DNA of 64,000 nucleotides, from NCBI GenBank assembly GCA_965227295.1, contig OZ245742.1:1088001-1152000 (forward strand). The letters are read 5' to 3'. Positions 1-7,397 of this stretch are shown one piece after another. The notes below the pieces were generated by a model. The model made no database searches, was not told the DNA's origin, and was given only the letters and a program-made list of their open reading frames with translations. Both the position numbers and the translations under genes were made by a program. Position 1 is the first letter of the stretch. Each line of letters opens with the position of its first letter. The DNA comes from Leptonemataceae bacterium. Lineage in GTDB: Bacteria > Spirochaetota > Leptospiria > Leptospirales > Leptonemataceae.

Positions 1-291
1 GAAACATTCCCACACGGCCCTCCCGCATATGGAATGAGAATCGGCCCGGTCGCGAGAAATACGACATAATCCGCCTAAAATTCGGGCAGGTTGCCCGAAC
101 GGAATCAACGCACTGGACGCCCCGGAGGACGGGCGAGCATCATCTCAAAAATTAGGCCGTGGGAGGGGGAATTAATCAATTTTTGACACCATTCACACGA
201 ATTCTGAAAAAGGCAGGCTCGGAATCGCAATAAAGCTTGACAATCAGCGTGAAATGCTTTGACCTATATATAGAGCTATCATGGACTAAGT

Positions 292-894
292 ATGCCAGCA
301 GTAAAGTCAGGAAAGAAAACGGCCAAAAAAAAATCTCAGACCAAGAAGAAATCGAAGGCATCTTCCGGATCGTCCTCAAAGACTACCCGGAAGACCACGA
401 AGAAGAAAGATAAATCCGGGTACTCCGTAGGAGAGTACGTGGTCTATCCCATGCACGGGGTTGGGAGAATCAACGCCGTCCAGAAGCAAAACATTCTGGG
501 AAAACGCAAGGAATGTTACGTCCTGGAAATTGCGAGTAACAAAATGAAGGTGATGGTACCGGTCGAGAACGCCGAACAGATCGGCATTCGCGCCATCATC
601 CAGAAAAGGGACGTAAAGAAAGTTCTGGAGCTGCTGAAAAAGGACGAAGTCGATACAGAAGAAGACTGGAAGATTCGCTATCAAAACAACATGAACAAGA
701 TCAAGTCGGGGGATATTTACTCCGTGGCCGAGGTGTGCAGGAACCTGTACAAACGCGCCAAGGATAAGGAACTCTCGTTGATGGAGCGCAGGCTCTACGA
801 ATCCGCCTATAATCTCATCTCCAACGAAATCGCACTGACGAAGGACGTGAGCGTCGAAGAAGCGGGCAACCTGATCTCGGAAGTTCTGGCGTAG
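292..894 (+). CDS. carD: CarD/CdnL-family RNA polymerase-binding transcription factor with Lys/Ser-rich N-terminal extension
   Basis: [19 protein letters not shown]-interaction motif and DWKIRY (conserved Trp) segment; upstream of a PIN/TRAM gene as in many bacteria. Confidence 0.92.
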   Translation: MPAVKSGKKTAKKKSQTKKKSKASSGSSSKTTRKTTKKKDKSGYSVGEYVVYPMHGVGRINAVQKQNILGKRKECYVLEIASNKMKVMVPVENAEQIGIRAIIQKRDVKKVLELLKKDEVDTEEDWKIRYQNNMNKIKSGDIYSVAEVCRNLYKRAKDKELSLMERRLYESAYNLISNEIALTKDVSVEEAGNLISEVLA

Positions 895-1017
895 CTTCAC
901 CGTCTTTTCCATATCGCCTCCGCCTGGCCGGTCCGTCCTGGACGACCGGCACTCCCTCCGGCAGACTGCCGCCGGCATCACGGTCTTTAGCTCAATATAC
1001 ATACATGGATTTGAGCT

Positions 1018-2205
1018 ATGAACACAATAAGCCGAATTCCAGTCCCGCTGGTGACCGGGCTGCTCGTATTTTACGCAGCCGTCGCCGGCCAGACTCAACC
1101 TGATTACGGGCTCGCTGCCGCTGTAGGCGGCATTGCCCTCGCGCTCTCCGGCGTCATCGTCTTCCTCGATCGGATTATCCGGTTGAACATGGAAGCCTTT
1201 GTATACGCAACCATGGGCGCCTTTGCCGGCCTGATCGCCGGCTTTTTCGTACAGCAACTTGTTCGCTCCTACGTTCCGCTCGCCGGGACGCCGGGCGTAG
1301 CACAAATGAGTTTCTTGATCCCCGTCGTCTTTTTCGGTTACGCCGGGTATCTCTTCGCGCGGGCCGGCCTCCGATTCACCGGCGGCTCGCAGGGAATAAG
1401 CGACGACGACTCCTCCGACAACAAAGCCAAGCTTCTGGATACCTCGGTCATCATTGACGGGCGCATCCTCGACATTGCCGAAACGAAGTTCGTCAGCGGA
1501 CCGTTCGTAATCCCGAACTTCGTCCTGCGTGAAATTCAGCTCATCAGCGACTCTCCCGATCCCATCAAACGCAATCGCGGGCGGCGGGGCCTGGAAATGC
1601 TGAACAAGCTCCAGCAACGCACGGACATTAAGGTCAAGATCAGTTACCTCGATTATACCGAAACCCGCGAAGTGGACGCCAAGCTGGTAAAAGCGGCGCG
1701 GGAAATGAACGCGCAACTGGTCACGAACGACTTTAACCTCAACAAGGTGGCTGAACTCCAGGGCGTCGAGGTGCTGAATCTCAACAATCTCACGAACGCT
1801 CTGAAGCCGGTGGTGCTGCCCGGTGAGGACATCCTCATCGACATCATCAAAGAGGGCAAAGACGAGAATCAGGGCATTGGATACCTTGAGGACGGCACCA
1901 TGGTCGTCGTCGAAAACGGCGGCAACATGCTGAGCAAAACCGTGAAGGTCAACGTCACGTCCATCATCCAGACAGCCGCAGGCAAGATGATCTTCACCCG
2001 GGCTCAGGGTGTCGTCGAAGACAACGACGACGACAACCAGAGCGGCGGCGGTCAGAACGAAGGCGGCCGACGACGGCGGCGGCGCGGTGGCGGCAATCGC
2101 GGCGACGACAACGGTCGCGGTGACAACCGCGGCGGCGGCAACGACTCAAGCGACGGAGATCGCGAAGCCGTGAGCGGTGGAGGCGGCGGACGACGGCGAC
2201 GCTGA
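1018..2205 (+). CDS. Membrane-anchored PIN/TRAM domain protein (YacL-like) with low-complexity Arg/Gly/Asp tail
   Basis: 4 N-terminal hydrophobic segments; LLDTSVIIDGRI, LVTNDFNLNKVA (PIN); QGIGYLEDGTMVVVE (TRAM). Confidence 0.92.
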   Translation: MNTISRIPVPLVTGLLVFYAAVAGQTQPDYGLAAAVGGIALALSGVIVFLDRIIRLNMEAFVYATMGAFAGLIAGFFVQQLVRSYVPLAGTPGVAQMSFLIPVVFFGYAGYLFARAGLRFTGGSQGISDDDSSDNKAKLLDTSVIIDGRILDIAETKFVSGPFVIPNFVLREIQLISDSPDPIKRNRGRRGLEMLNKLQQRTDIKVKISYLDYTETREVDAKLVKAAREMNAQLVTNDFNLNKVAELQGVEVLNLNNLTNALKPVVLPGEDILIDIIKEGKDENQGIGYLEDGTMVVVENGGNMLSKTVKVNVTSIIQTAAGKMIFTRAQGVVEDNDDDNQSGGGQNEGGRRRRRRGGGNRGDDNGRGDNRGGGNDSSDGDREAVSGGGGGRRRR

Positions 2206-2240
2206 TCGTATCGACGTTTTCTCCCCGGCAATTCCGCCCG

Positions 2241-2280
2241 GAAAGCGCGGAGGTCTGCAACAGCGGCCTCCGCGTTTTTC
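2241..2280. terminator. Probable intrinsic (possibly bidirectional) terminator between convergent genes
   Basis: GAAAGCGCGGAGGTC-loop-GGCCTCCGCGTTTTTC stem with T run. Confidence 0.65.
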
Positions 2281-2310
2281 GTATAATCATGGCCAGGCGC
2301 CGCCGCTCTC

Positions 2311-3141
2311 TCAGCGCGCGCGCCAGAGATGATTTACCGGCCCCTTGCCGGCACCCAGGTTCGGGGCATTCCGAATGGCGCCGTGCAGAAATTCCTTCGC
2401 ATCGGACACGGCCTCTTTTGGAGAGCGTCCCAGCGCGAAACCCGCGGCGACGGCAGCGCTCAGCGTGCAACCGGTACCATGCGTGTTCCGGCTGTCTATG
2501 ACGGGCAACGCGAACTCGGTGACCACGTCTCGGTCCAACTCAACGAACACATCCACGGCTTCTTCGGCCCGCTCGTCCGCCTCCACCCGCCGATGCCCTC
2601 CTTTCAACAGAACCGCCGCAGCGTACTGATCCCGCAGTTCCACGACTGCCGTCCGCATTTCCGAGAGCGTGCCAATGCTCCGGCCGAGCAGGACCTCGGC
2701 CTCGGGTAGATTCGGCGTGATGAGCGTGGCACAGTCTTTCAGAAAAATCGCGAGTTCTTCTTCGGCCTCGCGTTGCAACAACCGCGCACCGGTGGCCGCC
2801 ACCATCACGGGATCGGCGACCAGGGGAATGTCGCCGGCATGCTCCTGCCAGGTCGCTCGCACGGCGCGGATGATCTCCGGAGAAAAGAGCATGCCGGTTT
2901 TGGCGGCGCCCACGGGAAAGTCGCCGAGCACGTCCCGAATTTGTCCGGCGACGATGTCGGGCTCAATGCCCTGAACCGCACTAACGCCCGTGGTGTTCTG
3001 ACAGGTGATGGCAGTAACGGCGCTCGTACCAAATGTGGCGAAGGCCTGAAATGTTTTCAGATCGGCCTGAATGCCGGCGCCGCCGCCGGAGTCGCTGCCG
3101 GCTATTGTCAGCACGACGGATAACGGAATCGATGCACTCAT
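2311..3141 (-). CDS. thiD: Hydroxymethylpyrimidine/phosphomethylpyrimidine kinase
   Basis: LTIAGSDSGGGAGIQADLKTF, KTGML, DPVM, ITPNLPEAE, THGTGCTLS; start placed at ATG 3141. Confidence 0.95.
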   Translation of the reverse strand: MSASIPLSVVLTIAGSDSGGGAGIQADLKTFQAFATFGTSAVTAITCQNTTGVSAVQGIEPDIVAGQIRDVLGDFPVGAAKTGMLFSPEIIRAVRATWQEHAGDIPLVADPVMVAATGARLLQREAEEELAIFLKDCATLITPNLPEAEVLLGRSIGTLSEMRTAVVELRDQYAAAVLLKGGHRRVEADERAEEAVDVFVELDRDVVTEFALPVIDSRNTHGTGCTLSAAVAAGFALGRSPKEAVSDAKEFLHGAIRNAPNLGAGKGPVNHLWRAR

Positions 3142-3225
3142 GCGCAGTATCCTGTGCGAATGCGCTCTCCGGGTCAACTGCACGTTTTGAGTGGACAGCG
3201 CGAAGTTGCACGATGATTGATCCGT

Positions 3226-4536
3226 ATGCAATCGAGCGATCGTGCGGTGTTTCGAGTCCAGGGCGGGAACCCGATCAGCGGTAGGATCCGCCCCCAGGGT
3301 AACAAGAACGAAGCACTGCCCCTTCTGGCCGCCTGCGTTCTAACGAACGAAGAGGTCATCCTGAACAACGTCCCCGCCATCGAGGACGTGCTGTTGATGC
3401 AGCAAATCCTGCGTTCCCTGGGCATCACAGTTGAAGAGGTTACTCCCGGGGATCCTTCCCGGGTTCGGGTGCACGCCGAAAACGATCCCGCCGGCGAACT
3501 TCCGGCCGACCTGGCGACACGACTGCGCGGCTCGGTGACGCTGGCCGGCCCGTTGCTGGCCCGGAACGGTCGAGTCTTTCTGCCGCGGCCTGGCGGGGAC
3601 CGCATCGGCCGACGGCGCCTGGACACGCACATCCTGGCCCTCCAGGCCCTGGGCGCGAACGTAAAGATCTTTCCCGACGGTTACGAGCTCTCCTGCGAAC
3701 AACTTCGGGGCGCGGACATCCTGCTCGACGAAGCCTCCGTGACGGGCACCGAAAACGCGGTCTGCGCCGCGGTGGTGGCCGAGGGCGAAACAATACTACG
3801 AAACGCGGCCAGCGAACCCCACGTCCAGGGGCTCTGCCGCATGCTGAACGCCATGGGCGCGAAGATCGACGGCGTGGGTTCGAACATCCTGCGCATCACC
3901 GGCGTGGAAAAACTCAAAGGCGTTCCGTTCCGGATCGGTCCGGATTATCTCGAAGTGGGCAGCTTCATCTCGCTCGCCGCGGTGACCGGCGGAGACCTCG
4001 TCATTGAAGACGCGGACTTAGAAAACATGCGCATGATCCGACTCATTTTTTCGCGGCTCGGCATCGAAACCAGGCCGGACAGCCAGAGCGGTTCCCTCCA
4101 CGTTCCTTCGGACCAATCCCTTGAGATTGTGCCGGACCTGGGCGGCGCCGTCCCGCGCATCGACGACGCGCCATGGCCCGGCTTCCCCGCGGATATGACA
4201 TCCGTGGCGCTGGTAACGGCAACGCAGTGCAAAGGCACGGTATTGATTCATGAAAAGATGTTTGAGTCCCGCCTCTTTTTTACAGACCGCCTCATCTCAA
4301 TGGGGGCACGCATCGTTTTGTGTGATCCTCACCGCGCGGTCATCATGGGACCAGCCTCGCTGATGGGAGCCGAGGTGTCTTCGCCGGACATCCGCGCGGG
4401 CATGGCCATGCTGATCGCGGCGTTGTGCGCTCAAGGCGAGTCGACGATTCAGAATATTGTTCAAATCGACCGCGGCTTTACGAACATCGATGAACGCCTG
4501 CGCTCTCTGGGTGCCGACATAATCCGTGAAGGCTGA
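3226..4536 (+). CDS. murA: UDP-N-acetylglucosamine 1-carboxyvinyltransferase
   Basis: [41 protein letters not shown] motifs. Confidence 0.95.
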   Translation: MQSSDRAVFRVQGGNPISGRIRPQGNKNEALPLLAACVLTNEEVILNNVPAIEDVLLMQQILRSLGITVEEVTPGDPSRVRVHAENDPAGELPADLATRLRGSVTLAGPLLARNGRVFLPRPGGDRIGRRRLDTHILALQALGANVKIFPDGYELSCEQLRGADILLDEASVTGTENAVCAAVVAEGETILRNAASEPHVQGLCRMLNAMGAKIDGVGSNILRITGVEKLKGVPFRIGPDYLEVGSFISLAAVTGGDLVIEDADLENMRMIRLIFSRLGIETRPDSQSGSLHVPSDQSLEIVPDLGGAVPRIDDAPWPGFPADMTSVALVTATQCKGTVLIHEKMFESRLFFTDRLISMGARIVLCDPHRAVIMGPASLMGAEVSSPDIRAGMAMLIAALCAQGESTIQNIVQIDRGFTNIDERLRSLGADIIREG

Positions 4537-4606
4537 GAAAGCGATACCGCCACAACGGTACTCGGTTTCTGGTTGCGTACAGTTTTCCGTTCGTTAGATT
4601 TCGCGC

Positions 4607-6880
4607 ATGTTCTTGCGGATGTCTTTCGGCTTAAAACTGGGCCTTGCGATCTTTCTCCTCGCCGTGGGTTCCACCTCCCTCAGCGTCCTGTACTTTTACC
4701 AGAGCACCAGCGAACTCGTGCTCCGCCAGATGCGTGCACGCATGCACGATCTGGCGAACGCCGGTAGCCTCATGTTCTCGGCGGAAGATCGCGCTGCCAT
4801 TCGTCGGCTCACAGAAAACATGCGCAAAGATTCACTGCCCGTCACCGAAGCCGTGCGCGACGATCTCTACGATCCCGAAAGCGAAAACGAGGGCTACTGG
4901 GAATCCCTGCCGGAAGAGGCCGCGAATCGTTATCACGCCTCCAGAGATTTCAATCGCGTCGCCCAGGTGCTTCGTCGCATCAAGGCCAGCGGCGGAGAAC
5001 GCGCGCTCCCGATCATGCCGCTCTACCAGACCGCCGACGATCCGAGCACGAAGTCGCGCATTAAGTACGCCTACATCATGGTTCCCGTGGAGGGCTTTCC
5101 GAACTTCGACGTGCTGAAGTTTCTTGTCGATGCCGACTGGGACGCCGTGGACATGAACGCCAACGGGGAAATCGACGAGGATGAAGAGGCCAGCCCGGCC
5201 GGCCTGGTCTGGTACGCGGACGAACCGGTATTTTACCACGCCTTCGCCGGTGAGATCTTCGCCGCCGAAGAATGGTATACCGACAAATGGGGGACCTGGC
5301 TAACTTCTGCCGCGCCAATCTTAGACAAAGACGGCAACATTCTCGCCGTGGTGGCTCTGGACCTGGACGTAAAGAGCGAAGCGAACCGGCTGGCGGAACT
5401 GCGCCAGGCAGTCATCGGCATCATCTCGGTGAGTGTGGCGTTGTCGCTGCTGGTATCCTTCGGTCTCGCGCGCTTCCTGCACCGACCCATCGAACTCCTG
5501 CGCCAGGGCGCGGACCGCGTGCGTGAACGCGACTTCGATACGTTCATTACCCTGCGTCGCCGCGATGAACTTGGTCTGCTCGCGGATACGTTCAACGATA
5601 TGGTCAGTGAGATTCGTGAATACGCCCGGCACCTCGAAGACAAGGTCGCCGAACGCACGGCGCGTCTGCAAGAAAGCCTCGGGCGCGTGCAGGAACTCAA
5701 AGCTCAACAGGACGGCGATTATTTTCTCACGAACCTGCTCGCGAATCCGTTATTCAAGAACTGGAACACCGGCGATGCGGTGCGGACGGATTTTATCCTG
5801 CGACAGAAGAAGAAGTTTCAGTTCCGCGGTCGCCCTGGTGAACTCGGCGGCGACCTCTGCATTACCGGCAATCTCATCCTACAAAATCGCCCGTGCACGA
5901 TGTTCCTCAACGCCGATGCCATGGGCAAATCCATGCAGGGCGCCGGTGGCGCGCTGGTGATGGGTACCGTCGTGAACGCGATCATGCATCGTTCCGAAGG
6001 CGGGCGCGACATCAGTCCGGAAGGCTGGTTGCGTGAAACATTCCGCGAACTGCACGGCGTCTTCTATTCTTTCGACGGCACCATGGCGATTTCCGCGGTG
6101 CTCGGCATCGTGGACGATGCGACAGGTATGCTGCATTACTTCAATGCCGAGCATCCGTTCCCCGTGCTGATCCGGGACGGCAAGGCGGAGTTCATCGAAG
6201 AAGAAGCGAAGGTTTTTAAGATCGGCATCATGCAACAAAGCGCGGGAGACGTACACATCGAACACCTGCAACTGCGTCCCGGCGACGTGCTCATCTGCGG
6301 TTCCGACGGACGAGACGATCTGCGCGTGATTGATCCGGAAACCGGTGAGTCGGTTGTTCTGCACGACGGCAATCCCTTTCAGGAAATCTGCGAAAAGAGC
6401 GGCGGCGATCTTCAGCGAATGGTCGAACTCATTCAAGAACGTGGTGAACTCACCGACGATCTTTCGCTGATTCGCGTGGAGTTCACCGGCGCCGCCGTGG
6501 ATGCGCCGCGTCGCGAACCTTCCGAAGAAGACTCGCGTTCACTGATCAAAGCAGTTATCGCCCTCGTCCAGAGCAAAGATTACGAACGGGCCCTCGAAAC
6601 GGTTGAGTCGGTCTCCACGGAGTACCAGGGGATGTTGTATCATTATTATCGCGGACTGTGCCTGCACAAACTCGGCCGCAGCCGGGACGCCCTGGCTTCC
6701 CTGGAGCAAGCCCATGCCATCAATAAATCCCAGACCGCCGTGCCGGAACTCATCGCCGGCATTCATTATCGCAACGGCAATTTCGCCGAGGCCGAACGGT
6801 TCTGGAAAGAAACGCTGAAACTCGAGCCGAACCACAGCCGCGCGCGGCAGGCCCTGGAAAAACTCAAGGCCGAGAAGTGA
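4607..6880 (+). CDS. Membrane sensor PP2C/SpoIIE-family phosphatase: TM-extracytoplasmic domain-TM-HAMP-SpoIIE-TPR
   Basis: Two TM helices, HAMP (DELGLLADTFNDM), GGD, DAMGKSMQGAGGAL, SDG, DDLS motifs; C-terminal TPR-like helices. Confidence 0.9.
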   Translation: MFLRMSFGLKLGLAIFLLAVGSTSLSVLYFYQSTSELVLRQMRARMHDLANAGSLMFSAEDRAAIRRLTENMRKDSLPVTEAVRDDLYDPESENEGYWESLPEEAANRYHASRDFNRVAQVLRRIKASGGERALPIMPLYQTADDPSTKSRIKYAYIMVPVEGFPNFDVLKFLVDADWDAVDMNANGEIDEDEEASPAGLVWYADEPVFYHAFAGEIFAAEEWYTDKWGTWLTSAAPILDKDGNILAVVALDLDVKSEANRLAELRQAVIGIISVSVALSLLVSFGLARFLHRPIELLRQGADRVRERDFDTFITLRRRDELGLLADTFNDMVSEIREYARHLEDKVAERTARLQESLGRVQELKAQQDGDYFLTNLLANPLFKNWNTGDAVRTDFILRQKKKFQFRGRPGELGGDLCITGNLILQNRPCTMFLNADAMGKSMQGAGGALVMGTVVNAIMHRSEGGRDISPEGWLRETFRELHGVFYSFDGTMAISAVLGIVDDATGMLHYFNAEHPFPVLIRDGKAEFIEEEAKVFKIGIMQQSAGDVHIEHLQLRPGDVLICGSDGRDDLRVIDPETGESVVLHDGNPFQEICEKSGGDLQRMVELIQERGELTDDLSLIRVEFTGAAVDAPRREPSEEDSRSLIKAVIALVQSKDYERALETVESVSTEYQGMLYHYYRGLCLHKLGRSRDALASLEQAHAINKSQTAVPELIAGIHYRNGNFAEAERFWKETLKLEPNHSRARQALEKLKAEK

Positions 6881-6941
6881 GTGGACAGCCCGTCCGCTGC
6901 GTACGATACCATCCCTGCACCGTATGCACGGTGGATCGCCC

Positions 6942-7014
6942 GGGACCGTAGCTCAGCGGTTAGAGCAGGTGACTCATAATCACTTGGTCGTAGGTTCAAA
7001 TCCTACCGGTCCCA
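6942..7014 (+). tRNA. tRNA with CAT anticodon, most like tRNA-Ile2 (lysidine type); CCA not encoded
   Basis: GGGACCG/CGGTCCC acceptor stem, TAGCTCAGCGGTTAGAGCA D-arm, GGTGA-CTCATAA-TCACT anticodon arm, GGTTCAAATCC T-arm; resembles E. coli Ile2 more than Met. Confidence 0.9.
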
Positions 7015-7016
7015 AA

Positions 7017-7116
7017 CGCGCGAGCTTTTCCCCGGGAAGACACGCGGGGACGACTCGTAGCTCTAATAGTTTGTCGGGAGAACCTTAGCGTATCTTCCCG
7101 GGGCAATGCTCGTGCG
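7017..7116. repeat. About 100-nt imperfect inverted repeat (long hairpin) directly downstream of the tRNA
   Basis: CGCGCGAGC/GCTCGTGCG, CCCCGGGAAGA/TCTTCCCGGGG, ACGC/GCGT, CGAC/GTCG nested pairings. Confidence 0.7.
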
Positions 7117-7155
7117 GGAATGTGGTTACGTTCGCGTGGCTGTGTCGAGAATCGT

Positions 7156-7386
7156 ATGCGTTACTCTGCAGACAGTGAGGAGCTGATTTGCGTTTGCTGC
7201 GATGTGAGCGCACGGACGATTCATGAGGCCGTGCGCGGCGGGGCGCGAGGTTATGCGCGCGTGCGGAATGCCACCGGGGCCGGGGGCGGTTGCGGAACCT
7301 GCGCCGATGAAGTCGAACACGTCGTCGACCTGGCCATGGAACGCGATCGCCAGGAACGCAAAGGGCAACTGATGTTGCCTCTGTGA
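7156..7386 (+). CDS. BFD-like [2Fe-2S]-binding small protein
   Basis: ICVCCDV...TGAGGGCGTC (CxC...CxxC) pattern. Confidence 0.8.
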   Translation: MRYSADSEELICVCCDVSARTIHEAVRGGARGYARVRNATGAGGGCGTCADEVEHVVDLAMERDRQERKGQLMLPL

Positions 7387-7397
7387 CGACGCGGTTC

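Noticed and set aside
81..99. TTCGGGCA-GGT-TGCCCGAA dyad upstream of carD
   Set aside because: Short, no U-tract, and upstream context is cut off by the window edge; cannot be assigned.
376..1716. 446-aa minus-strand ORF
   Set aside because: Antisense shadow of carD and the PIN/TRAM gene; no motifs; expected from high-GC codon bias.
7017..7116. SRP (4.5S) RNA
   Set aside because: Size fits, but the conserved domain IV GGAA-loop/AGCAG motif is absent on both strands.
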